Origin: an uncultured Acidobacteriota bacterium
GTDB taxonomy: Bacteria > Acidobacteriota > JAQAZP01
Reading direction: 5' to 3'
NCBI GenBank assembly: GCA_963836075.1
Contig: CAWIIB010000009.1
Location: forward strand, 1,280,001-1,344,000
DNA length: 64,000 nt
Shown here: positions 45,196-54,124 of the stretch, in pieces
Position numbering within the stretch: position 1 is the first letter of the stretch
How the letters are laid out: every line of letters begins with the position of its first letter
Position numbers and translations under genes: made by a program
The notes under the pieces: generated by a model
The model's database searches: none
What the model saw: the letters and a program-made list of their open reading frames with translations, nothing else
Told to the model about the DNA's origin: nothing

Positions 45196-48100
45196 TCGGT
45201 TGCTCCTTCCTTGTCCTCGTCCGCGAAGGTGAATTTCACCGCGTCGGCGATCACCGCCCCGTCGGCCTGGTCGCTGAGGGTGACCACCGCCTCGTTGTCC
45301 GGAGAGAAATAGAACGTGCCGAGGCTGTTCCAGCCGATCTCCGCGACGGTGGCGTCGAGGCTCACCGTCTCCGGTCCGTCCTCGTGTTCGATGGTGTAGC
45401 TGTAGTTCGTACCCAGCTTCCGGTCGTCGGAGCGGGCGCGGAGGTTGCTCCCCTCCACGCCGATGAAGGCAAAGACCTCGTAGCGCCCCCGGCGGGGCAG
45501 TTCGGCGACCCAGCGGGCCGAAAACTCGCCCTCGCCGCCGCCCTTCATTTTCATGGTGTGGTTGTACAGGCCGTAGGCCTCGTCGCGGGTCCAGTTGACC
45601 CATTCGTCGGGGATGCCCCTGAGGTAGTCTTCCAGCTGGGGCCCGCCCTCCTCATCGTCGTCGTCACCCCTTGATGACCGCCAGCGCAGCAGCGAGCTGC
45701 CGGTTTCGCCGGCCAGGCTGAAGCCCGGGTCGAGATCATCGACGATCACCGTGAGCTCGTCCTCCGATTCACCGGTCTCCAGCACCGCCACCCGTTCGAA
45801 CGGTTCGGCCTGCACCGGCTCTTCGGGCAGCTTGAAATCCTTGGTCAGCGGTTCCTTGTTCCGGGCCAGGATGGGGTCCACCACCAGCCGTACCGGCTCG
45901 TCAGGCACCACCAGCGCCACCTCCACGGTCTGCAGGCCGTCGAGGCGCACCCGCCGTTCCACTTCGTCACCGCGGGTTTCAAAGTAGAGGATGGCGAACC
46001 CGGAAGCGTTCTCCTCGTTGGCCAGCTCCACCCGCACCTGGTAGAGCGGCGCTTCGCCGTCGGTGGCGATACGGTAGGCTTCGCTGTTCTTGATCCGGTA
46101 GCCCGGCAGGTCGGTGCTGTGGGTCCACTGCTGGAAGAGCCAATCCACGTCCTGGTCGGTCACTTCGGCGGCCAGCACGCGCAGGTCCTCCATGGTGTAC
46201 TGGCCGTACTGGTGGCGCTGCACCAGGCCGTTGACCAGCGCACGGAAGGCCTCCTCGCCGAGATACTCGCGCAGGGTGACCACGAAACCGCGGCCCTTGT
46301 GTCCCATCACATTGTAGAACAGCTCGGGGTCTTCTTCCGGCTCCATGTCGGCCAGTGGCGTGGCCTTGATCGACTTGTAGACCTGGTCGATGTTCACCGT
46401 GGCGTCGTAGAACGCCTCCTGCCAGCTGGAGTTGCCGGTGAAGCGGGCCTGGATCCCCTGGCCCAGCACCTGCTGGAAGTTGGTCATCATGTAGACCGAG
46501 GCAAAGGGCCGGGTCCCGGTGACTGTTTCCTTGAGATAGTTGTCGAGGCAGTAGCCGGCAACAGGGTAGAGCGGGCCGCTGGGGTCGAGACGGAAGCCCC
46601 AGAAGTTGGGCATGGCGTTCTGCAGCAGGCTGCCGCTGACCACATCGAGGTCGAAGAAGAGCTTGAGCATGTCGACCTTGATCTGGGCGGCGTCCACCTC
46701 CTCGTCGGCCTCTTCCGCCTGCTCGGTGCGAGTTTCGAAGGCCCGCTCGAAGTTGGCCGAGAAGAAGCCGGCCTCCTTGAGCATCACCACCCCCGGCTGG
46801 ATCAGCGGGTTGGGGCTGTCCCAGCCCTCCGAGTAGGCCCGCATGGCGCCGGGGACCTCCACCAGGCTCAGCGCCGGGTAGGGGTAGTCCAGACCGGTAC
46901 GTTCCTGGATGTCGGAGAGCTTCTTTTCCAGCTCTTCGTGGATCCTGTCCCGGGCGTCGTTGAAGAATTCGATGTTGGCCGCGTGGCTTTCGCTGAAATA
47001 GAAGGCCAGCTGCATCGGCCCCACTTCGCCCTTGATCACCTGGTACTCGCCGCTGTTCACCGAGAGGCCGGGCACCGGCACATCGGAGCGGTAGGTGAAG
47101 ATCGCGTTCCCGCCCGAGTCATCCCGGGCCGTCATGGCGCCCTGGGTCACCGCCTGCTGTCCGTCCGGGACGGTGATCCGCAGGCCGGCGGTGGCGAAGT
47201 TGTCCGGGCGCTTGTCCGGATAGGTGTAGCCGTGGTCGACGTTGGGCGAGGGATACCACCTCGCCTGGGGCAGCAGCACCGAGTAGCGCGAACCGATGTA
47301 GGACGGCAGGTAGCCGAGAATGGCCACGTTGTTGCGCGCCTGGCCCTTCAGTTCGTTGATTTCGTTCTCGCTGTTGAGGAAGATGGTATTCAGCGCCAAA
47401 GTTCCGCCATAGGCCACGGTCACCTCGGTTTCGCTGCCCGGCGTCAGGGCCGGGATGTTCACCACCAGGGTGGTGTCCCCCCGCTGGAATTCCAGCGCGC
47501 TCCCCCCGGCGCCGGTGACCGACTCCACGTCGAGGCCGCTGTTCAGCACAAAGGTCAGCTTCTCCTGGGATTCGGCCCCGTCGTTGCGCACGGTCATCCG
47601 GGCGGTGGCCGTGAGCCGGCTGCCGCGGGCCAGGTCGAGGTCCATGTCGTAGTGGGTCACCCGGGTCAGCGGGTTCTCCAGCAGCGCCTGCTGCTCGGCG
47701 CGGGCCGCCTCGCGCAGGGTGTAGTCGTTGTGTCCCGACCAGAGGCCGTAGCCGACGTAGCAGAGGGCCAGGATGGCCGAGACGGCGGCGGTGCCCAGCA
47801 CCGGCCGCGAAACCCGGTCGTCCTGCTTGAGCCGCGGGTAGAGCATGGCGGTGAGGGCCAGCAGCAGCAGGGTCAGGGCGATGATATATCCCCGCTGGAA
47901 CAGCAGCAGCCCGAAATCGGTGAAACCGATCAGGTCGGAGTGGAAGGTGGTCAGCGAATAGCCGCTGAAATCAACCAGCGGCACAAACTGGGCCTTGATC
48001 CAGCGGCCGAGGCTGATGAAGACCACCAGGTCGATGATCACGTAGGCGTGGGCGATGATGATCGCCGCCACCCGGCTTTTGGTCACCAGGGTGAGGAAAA

Positions 48101-48611
48101 AGACCAGGGCGACGATAAAGGCCAGCCCGGGAAGAATGGTGACGAAGAGGTGCATCAGGTAGGGGCCCAGACGGAAGGGCAGGTGGAAGAGCGGGATGAA
48201 CCGCAGGCAGACCGAGACCAGGGTGAGGATCAGGGCCGTGGCAAAGGTGGGGACCAGCGCCCCGAGGAATTTGCCCCAGACCAGCCCGAAGGTGCTCAGC
48301 GGGCGCGAGTGCACCACGCCGTCCACCCGGCATTTGCTGTCCTTGCTCAGGAAGTCATAGCAGAACCAGATCAGCAGCACGGCGAATAGCGTGATGAACT
48401 GGGAGTAGACGATCTGCAGCACCAGCCCGGCGGAGAGCAGCCCGATGGTGCCCGAGTAGCCGGAGAAGAAGTTGTGCAGGAAGGCGTAATAGATGTTGAT
48501 GATCACCAGGAAGAGCAGCCCGAGGCAGACCAGGATCCAGAACTTCCAGGTGCGGCGGAGGAGCCGGCTCTCGTACTTGGCCAGGCCCATGATTCCGGCA
48601 AGGTCAATCAT
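45192..48611 (-). CDS. ABC-2 permease fused to an M1-aminopeptidase-like domain (no HExxH) and a C-terminal golvesin/xanthan-lyase-type beta-sandwich
   Basis: N-terminal TMs with HSRPLS...WGKF, then VTHYDMDL, ARWYP, DYPYPALSLVEVP, KG..F...LREYLGEEAF, WLFQQW, and the C-terminal GRYEVF...GWNSLGTFYF...IADAVKF. Confidence 0.8.
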   Translation of the reverse strand: MIDLAGIMGLAKYESRLLRRTWKFWILVCLGLLFLVIINIYYAFLHNFFSGYSGTIGLLSAGLVLQIVYSQFITLFAVLLIWFCYDFLSKDSKCRVDGVVHSRPLSTFGLVWGKFLGALVPTFATALILTLVSVCLRFIPLFHLPFRLGPYLMHLFVTILPGLAFIVALVFFLTLVTKSRVAAIIIAHAYVIIDLVVFISLGRWIKAQFVPLVDFSGYSLTTFHSDLIGFTDFGLLLFQRGYIIALTLLLLALTAMLYPRLKQDDRVSRPVLGTAAVSAILALCYVGYGLWSGHNDYTLREAARAEQQALLENPLTRVTHYDMDLDLARGSRLTATARMTVRNDGAESQEKLTFVLNSGLDVESVTGAGGSALEFQRGDTTLVVNIPALTPGSETEVTVAYGGTLALNTIFLNSENEINELKGQARNNVAILGYLPSYIGSRYSVLLPQARWYPSPNVDHGYTYPDKRPDNFATAGLRITVPDGQQAVTQGAMTARDDSGGNAIFTYRSDVPVPGLSVNSGEYQVIKGEVGPMQLAFYFSESHAANIEFFNDARDRIHEELEKKLSDIQERTGLDYPYPALSLVEVPGAMRAYSEGWDSPNPLIQPGVVMLKEAGFFSANFERAFETRTEQAEEADEEVDAAQIKVDMLKLFFDLDVVSGSLLQNAMPNFWGFRLDPSGPLYPVAGYCLDNYLKETVTGTRPFASVYMMTNFQQVLGQGIQARFTGNSSWQEAFYDATVNIDQVYKSIKATPLADMEPEEDPELFYNVMGHKGRGFVVTLREYLGEEAFRALVNGLVQRHQYGQYTMEDLRVLAAEVTDQDVDWLFQQWTHSTDLPGYRIKNSEAYRIATDGEAPLYQVRVELANEENASGFAILYFETRGDEVERRVRLDGLQTVEVALVVPDEPVRLVVDPILARNKEPLTKDFKLPEEPVQAEPFERVAVLETGESEDELTVIVDDLDPGFSLAGETGSSLLRWRSSRGDDDDEEGGPQLEDYLRGIPDEWVNWTRDEAYGLYNHTMKMKGGGEGEFSARWVAELPRRGRYEVFAFIGVEGSNLRARSDDRKLGTNYSYTIEHEDGPETVSLDATVAEIGWNSLGTFYFSPDNEAVVTLSDQADGAVIADAVKFTFADEDKEGATE

Positions 48612-49491
48612 TGTTCTCCTCCTCCAGGCCACCCATGAAGTTGATGTAGGCGTCCTCCAGGTTGGGGTTCACCGGTTTCAGCTCCAGGCCGTTGGCCGAC
48701 CCCTCGCCCACCAGCCGCAGGTGCAGCCGGTCGCCCCGCGGGGCGGTGCTGATCACGCTGAAGCGCCTCTTGATTTCCGACAGGTCTTTTTCCTCGGCCA
48801 CCGTCTCCCAGGCTTTGCCCTCGGCTTTGGCGGTCAGTTCCTGGGGTGAGCCGTGATAGAGCACCTTGCCCTTGTCCAGGATCACCAGGTTTTCACAGGT
48901 GCTGGAAATGTCGCCGACGATGTGGGTGGAGAGGATGATAACGATATCCTTGCCGATGTCCTGCAGCAGGCCGCGGAAGCGGATCCGCTCCTCGGGGTCG
49001 AGACCCACGGTGGGTTCGTCGACGATGAGCAGTTTCGGCTCGCTGATCAGCGCCTGGGCGATGCCCAGCCGCCGCAGCATGCCGCCGGAGAGGGCCTTTA
49101 CCTTGCGCCGGGCCGCGTCGGCCAGCCCCACTTTCTCCAGCATGTCGTCCACCCGCTTGTCCCGGCCGGCCTTGGGCATGCCGTTGAGGCGGGCAGTGTA
49201 GTCGAGGAACTCCTGGGCCTTCATCTTGGGGTAGACCCCGAACTCCTGGGGCAGGTAGCCCAGCCGCGAGCGGATCTTCCGCCGGTCCTTCGACACGTCG
49301 AGGCCATCGATGGTCACCTCGCCGGAGGTGGGTTCCAGCAGGGTGGCCAGGATTTTTATCATGGTGCTCTTGCCGGCCCCGTTGGGGCCCAGCAGGCCGA
49401 ACATGCCGGCGGGAATCTCCACGTTGACCCCGCTGAGCGCCGTCACGCCGCCCTTGTAGGTTTTGGTCAGGTCCCGGATAGTGATAGCCAT
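48604..49491 (-). CDS. ABC transporter ATP-binding protein
   Basis: GPNGAGKST, YLPQ, LSGGM, VDEPTVGLDP, STH. Confidence 0.95.
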   Translation of the reverse strand: MAITIRDLTKTYKGGVTALSGVNVEIPAGMFGLLGPNGAGKSTMIKILATLLEPTSGEVTIDGLDVSKDRRKIRSRLGYLPQEFGVYPKMKAQEFLDYTARLNGMPKAGRDKRVDDMLEKVGLADAARRKVKALSGGMLRRLGIAQALISEPKLLIVDEPTVGLDPEERIRFRGLLQDIGKDIVIILSTHIVGDISSTCENLVILDKGKVLYHGSPQELTAKAEGKAWETVAEEKDLSEIKRRFSVISTAPRGDRLHLRLVGEGSANGLELKPVNPNLEDAYINFMGGLEEENND

Positions 49492-49592
49492 TTATTGAGT
49501 CCTCTCTCTGGATCTTCCCCCGAATCGGGCAGGGAAGTCCTTTTATTTACGTAACCGTGCAGTTTCGGGTTTCATCAAATGAGGACACAATT

Positions 49593-49690
49593 CCTGGCAT
49601 TGCGAGGAGCCGTCGAAGACGGCGACGAAGCAATCTCCCGGCAATAGTGATGCATCTTTTGGATTGCTTCGCTACGCTCGCAATTACAGG
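49593..49690. repeat. Uninterrupted palindromic repeat (CATTGCGAGGAGC...GAAGCAATC/GATTGCTTC...CTCGCAAT)
   Basis: Self-complementary ends, and the same family as the element split by IS110. Confidence 0.8.
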
Positions 49691-49773
49691 TCGTGAATAC
49701 CGGTTTCCCTGTGGACGTAATTATGTACAATAGAAAGCCACAGTGACAGCAGAAGTCAGCGGAGGGCAGAACA

Positions 49774-50532
49774 GTGAGATGTGAACAGTGCGGCAACGAG
49801 TACGACGCCATGGACGGGCACGGCCAGTGTCCCTTCTGCGGCAAGATCCCCGGGTTCGGGGCGGACAGTCCCGGGACGGAGCCCCGGACGGATACGGCCC
49901 GCGGGGACTGCGCCTGGGAGCGCCGCGGTTCCTGGTTCGATTTTCCGGCGATGTTCGAGATGATCCGTGCGGTCCTTTTCGAGCCCTCCGCCACCTTCCG
50001 GCGGATGAAGACATCGGGCGATCTGGCGTCGCCGGTTCTCTTCGCCGCGCTGTTGGGAACCGTGGGGGTGCTGGGCAGCCTGGTCTGGAACGTCATGTTT
50101 CAGAGCATGGGGTTCCTCTCCCAAAACGCCGCTATGGAGGAATTTTTCTTCTCCACCGGCATCATCATGGTCATGGCCATCCTCTCCCCGCTGTTGACCA
50201 TTATCGGCACCTTTATCTCGGCCGGGATTCTCCATCTCTGCCTGATGATCGTCGGCGGGGAGCGCAACGGGTTCGAAGCCACCTACCGGGTGGTGGCCTA
50301 CGCCACCGGCGCCACCGCACTCTTCCAGTTGTTGCCCTTCTGCGGCGGGCTGGTGGGCGGTATCTGGGCCATCGTGACCCAGATCAACGGTGCCCGGGAG
50401 ATGCACGAGACCACCACCGATAAGGCCCTGCTGGCGGTGCTGCTGCCGCTGCTCCTCTGCTGCGGCTGTATCGCCGTCCTGATGTTCTTCGGTGTTGGCG
50501 CGGGCATGCTGGCCGCCCTGGCCGAGAGATAG
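49774..50532 (+). CDS. Yip1-like membrane protein with N-terminal zinc ribbon
   Basis: CxxC...CxxC, WE, VLFEPSATF, FEATYRVVAYA, about five TMs. Confidence 0.75.
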   Translation: MRCEQCGNEYDAMDGHGQCPFCGKIPGFGADSPGTEPRTDTARGDCAWERRGSWFDFPAMFEMIRAVLFEPSATFRRMKTSGDLASPVLFAALLGTVGVLGSLVWNVMFQSMGFLSQNAAMEEFFFSTGIIMVMAILSPLLTIIGTFISAGILHLCLMIVGGERNGFEATYRVVAYATGATALFQLLPFCGGLVGGIWAIVTQINGAREMHETTTDKALLAVLLPLLLCCGCIAVLMFFGVGAGMLAALAER

Positions 50533-50556
50533 TTCTCCGGGAGGAGCGGTCCACCA

Positions 50557-50979
50557 ATGCGCTTCTATTACTGGCGGCCCGGCTCAACTGAGCCGGGCGT
50601 GGATCACGAGCTGATCTGGGGCATGGTGGGGCTGATCACCCTGGCCGTGGCGCGGCTGGTACCGCCGGCGCTCACCAACTGGTACAAGTGCCCCTTCCAC
50701 TCGTTTACCGGCATCCCCTGCCTGACCTGCGGGATGACCCGCAGTTTCCGCTTCATGGTCCACGGCCAGTTCGCCGAGGCCTTGAGCCTCAATCCCCTGG
50801 GCGCCATCCTCTGCATCCTCACCATGATCTACGTGCTCTGCGCCCTGGCCCTGGTGGTCTTCCGCCTGCCCCGGCCCCGTTTCCGCCTGGAGAGTAGAGC
50901 CGCCCGCTGGACTCTGCGGCTGGGCCTGCCCGGGATCCTTCTGGTAAACTGGGTCTATCTTTACTGTCACGGTGTCTGA
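50557..50979 (+). CDS. DUF2752-like membrane protein
   Basis: CPFHSFTGIPCLTCGMTRS...NPLG. Confidence 0.8.
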   Translation: MRFYYWRPGSTEPGVDHELIWGMVGLITLAVARLVPPALTNWYKCPFHSFTGIPCLTCGMTRSFRFMVHGQFAEALSLNPLGAILCILTMIYVLCALALVVFRLPRPRFRLESRAARWTLRLGLPGILLVNWVYLYCHGV

Positions 50980-52471
50980 CCCGCGGCCGGGCCGCGGCTC
51001 GCAACTCGGCTTGATGATGAACCAGACCAACATCGGCCTGGCGGAACGCTGGTTCCCCCTGGCGGCAGCGATCAGTTGCGCTGCGGTATTTGTTCTGCTC
51101 CCCCTGGTCGACCCGGGCGGGCGTTTCTGGGGCCTGGGACATGCCGCCCTGGTGCCGCTCTGGCTCCGTGTTCTGCAGGGCCTGGTCCTGGTGTTCGTGG
51201 CGCTGCCCCGGGTGGGCCAGCGGCTGGCGGGCTTTCTTGAACCGCCGGCCGGCCGGGCCCAAGACTTTTTCCGCCGCTATCCAGGGCCGGCCTGGGCCGG
51301 CACCGGCATCTTCTCCGCCGTTGTCTTCTGGCTGCTGCGCGACCGCAACCTGGCCGTGGGGGACAGCGAGCACCTGATCAAGGCGGTCACCTGGTATGTC
51401 CACCTGGAGGGCTGGCACGTCACCTTTGACGAGGCCCTGGAACTGCTGTTGCACTCCGCGGTCTACCGGCTGTTTATTGCCGCCGGCTACCCCGGCGCCG
51501 CGGAAACCGCCTTTGCCCTGACCAGTGTCCTGGCCGGCGGGCTCTTTGTCATCGTCCTGCTGCTGCTGGTCCGCCGCCTGGCCGGCCCGGCCGTGCTGCG
51601 TCTGTCCCTGCTGGTTCTGGCCCTCAGTGCCGGCTATGTCCAGCTGCTTTTCGGTCACGTGGAGAACTACACCGTGGTGGCGCTGCTGATGCTGCTCTAC
51701 CTCTACTCCGGGGTGCGCTACCTGCGGGAAGCGGGCCGGGGGCTCTTCCCGCCGGCGGCCCTGCTCTCCACCGCGGTTTCCTTCCACCTGCTGGCCGGCT
51801 GGCTCTACCCCTCGCTGCTGTTTCTCTGGTGGGCCGGTCGCGGGCGGAAGGACGACGGCGGCAAACGCAATGACGGCGGACTCACCGCGCTGGTCGTCGG
51901 GGTTGTGCTGCCCCTGGCGGCCGCCTTCGGTCTCTGCCGCCTGGCCGGCTTCGGTTCCGAACGGTTCGGCGAGACCCACCTGGCAGCGATGAAGTTCGTC
52001 TTCCTCCTCGACCCGCAGACCTACGAGCACTACCAGTACGGGTTCCTCTCCCCGGCCCACCTTTTCGAGGCCCTGAACCAGTTCTGGCTGGTGGCGCTGC
52101 CCGCACTCCTCGCCCTGCTCTATCTGGTGTTGCACGGGGGGAAGGGAAAGGGGGGCCGGGAAGCGCGGGGTGAAGCGGGCTTCGCCCTCATCGCGGCGGT
52201 CTCGCTGCAGTGCTTCACCCTCTGCTGGAACCCCGACCTGGGGGCCTTCAAGGACTGGGACCTCTTTGCCGCCGCCGGTCTGGGCTGGACCTTTGCCGCC
52301 CTGGTGCTGCTCTCCCGGCGCCGGGTGGCGGTGCGGGCTCTGCTGGTCCTCACCCTCTGCGGCCTGCTGTTCACCGTCCCCTGGGTGCTGGGCAACCACA
52401 CCACGGTGGTGGAGGTGAACCCCGGCCTGGAAGCCATCCCTGAAACCTTTGCCCCGCCGGTTCGTAAATAA
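50972..52471 (+). CDS. Polytopic membrane protein (possibly GT-C-like)
   Basis: About 12 hydrophobic segments with loops VGDSE, FGHVENY and KDWDLF. Function is inferred only. Confidence 0.6.
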   Translation: MSDPRPGRGSQLGLMMNQTNIGLAERWFPLAAAISCAAVFVLLPLVDPGGRFWGLGHAALVPLWLRVLQGLVLVFVALPRVGQRLAGFLEPPAGRAQDFFRRYPGPAWAGTGIFSAVVFWLLRDRNLAVGDSEHLIKAVTWYVHLEGWHVTFDEALELLLHSAVYRLFIAAGYPGAAETAFALTSVLAGGLFVIVLLLLVRRLAGPAVLRLSLLVLALSAGYVQLLFGHVENYTVVALLMLLYLYSGVRYLREAGRGLFPPAALLSTAVSFHLLAGWLYPSLLFLWWAGRGRKDDGGKRNDGGLTALVVGVVLPLAAAFGLCRLAGFGSERFGETHLAAMKFVFLLDPQTYEHYQYGFLSPAHLFEALNQFWLVALPALLALLYLVLHGGKGKGGREARGEAGFALIAAVSLQCFTLCWNPDLGAFKDWDLFAAAGLGWTFAALVLLSRRRVAVRALLVLTLCGLLFTVPWVLGNHTTVVEVNPGLEAIPETFAPPVRK

Positions 52472-52629
52472 ATTTGATTATCCGGACGGGATGCGTGCCA
52501 TTGATGTATAATCCTCAATTGCAATCGATATTTCCCTGAAATTGAGTCAGGCAGACCAGGTGATCAAGTTGCCGGTCCCGAGGGGCCGACAGTTATTTGT
52601 GAACTCTGTTCCGCACAAGGAGGAGACCG

Positions 52630-53136
52630 ATGAAGAACCTGTTCGTGGCACTCACAGCCATGGTCCTGCTGCTTTCCGCCGGCGTGCCCGCCGTGGCCGG
52701 GGAGGGCGTCCGCTGCATTCCGGTGGAACTCACCGTGAAAACCAACTTCGACGGCATCGAAGTGCTGATGGGCCTGGAAAAGGGCGTCAATGACATGAAG
52801 AGCTTCGGGCTCAGCCCGGTGACGATCCAGCTTCTTGCCGTGGTGGCCGATGTGCCCGGGGAAAAGAAGCCGGTGCTCCGCCTGCTGCCCGCCAAGGAAG
52901 AGTGTCCCGGGGCCGACGCCGACTGGAAGTCGCTGCCCACCGAGGCCCGCTACTTTTACATCGAGCCGGGGCACACCGGCTATGAGCCCATCCGGAACAA
53001 GAAGAAGAAGATCGTAAAGATAAAGGAAGTGATCAAGGCCCTCGACGCCGGCGACGAGAAGATGGAGAAGGAGATCAAGTTCACCCTCGAACTGCCCCAG
53101 GCATCGAGCCAGCCGGGCGGCGGTTTCGGCGGTTAG
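52630..53136 (+). CDS. Hypothetical secreted protein
   Basis: GGAGGAG RBS, signal peptide, downstream terminator. Confidence 0.7.
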   Translation: MKNLFVALTAMVLLLSAGVPAVAGEGVRCIPVELTVKTNFDGIEVLMGLEKGVNDMKSFGLSPVTIQLLAVVADVPGEKKPVLRLLPAKEECPGADADWKSLPTEARYFYIEPGHTGYEPIRNKKKKIVKIKEVIKALDAGDEKMEKEIKFTLELPQASSQPGGGFGG

Positions 53137-53164
53137 CAGCAGGCCGGCCACGGCCGGAAGAACC

Positions 53165-53198
53165 GAAAAAAGGACACCTTGCGGGGTGTCCTTTTTTC
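53165..53198. terminator. Bidirectional intrinsic terminator
   Basis: AAAAAAGGACACC-ttgcgg-GGTGTCCTTTTTT between convergent genes. Confidence 0.85.
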
Positions 53199-53215
53199 AG
53201 TACCTGGAGGTTGGT

Positions 53216-54118
53216 TCAGAAACTCTGCAGGTCGGCCAGGCCGTCGAAGATCCAGCGGGCTTCGCCCTCCAGCATCACCCGGCCCCAGCGAGCCATGGCG
53301 GCGTCTTCAGAATCGCCGTCCGGCTCACTGAACCCCACCGTGAGCAGCGAGCCTCCGCGGGTCAGGCAGCGCACGGGCGAGTCGTAGCCGAATCGCTGGG
53401 CCGCCACCAGGGCGGTGGCGGTGCAGCCGGTTCCGCAGGCCAGGGTTTCGGCTTCCACACCACGCTCGTAGGTCCGCACGGCCAGGGTGCGGGTCCTCTC
53501 GTCCACCACCGAGTAGAAGTTGACGTTGGTCCCGGCAGGGCCGAACAGACCCAGCCCGCGGATGGCGGACCCCCAGCGGTTGACCGCCATGGACGGGAGC
53601 TGGTCCGACGGCAGGTGGTGGACGAAGTGCGGGACGCCAACGGTGAGGAACTCGCCGGAAAAGACCCGCCGACTGCCGTCACCGGCGGAGATTTCGGCTT
53701 CCACGCTCCGGGCCGGCCAGCTGATGGGCGCCATCTCCAGGTTGACCCGCGATTCCTCCACCTCGGCGGAAAGGATTCGTCCTTCGCTGGTTTCGATGGT
53801 GGGCCGGGGACCGGCCAGACCCTTGCGGTACAGGTAATTGGCCAGGCAGCGGCCGCCGTTGCCGCAGAGGGCGGCGGTGTCCCCGCCGGAGTTGACATAG
53901 GCCATGCGGGCGTCGGCGGTCTCGGACCGGCGGACGAGGATCAGGCCGTCGGCGCCCACCGCGGTGCCGCGGGGACAGAGCGCCCGGGCCAGCCAGGACT
54001 CCCGTCCGGCCCACTGGTTCTTCCGGTCGTCGATGATGATGAAGTCGTTGCCCCCGCCTGACATTTTGACGAAGGGCAGGCGTTTCTCCATTTCCTTGCC
54101 GACGTCCTCGCTCTCCAT
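53216..54118 (-). CDS. dapF: Diaminopimelate epimerase
   Basis: FVKMSGGGNDF, GADG, LCGNGGRC, GVPH, GTNVNF, RTYERGVEAETLACGTG. Confidence 0.95.
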   Translation of the reverse strand: MESEDVGKEMEKRLPFVKMSGGGNDFIIIDDRKNQWAGRESWLARALCPRGTAVGADGLILVRRSETADARMAYVNSGGDTAALCGNGGRCLANYLYRKGLAGPRPTIETSEGRILSAEVEESRVNLEMAPISWPARSVEAEISAGDGSRRVFSGEFLTVGVPHFVHHLPSDQLPSMAVNRWGSAIRGLGLFGPAGTNVNFYSVVDERTRTLAVRTYERGVEAETLACGTGCTATALVAAQRFGYDSPVRCLTRGGSLLTVGFSEPDGDSEDAAMARWGRVMLEGEARWIFDGLADLQSF

Positions 54119-54124
54119 GGCGTC

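Noticed and set aside
36018-48389. Long plus-strand ORFs (854, 588 and 756 aa) over the transporter operon
   Set aside because: Antisense shadows expected from high-GC codon bias; they have no motifs.
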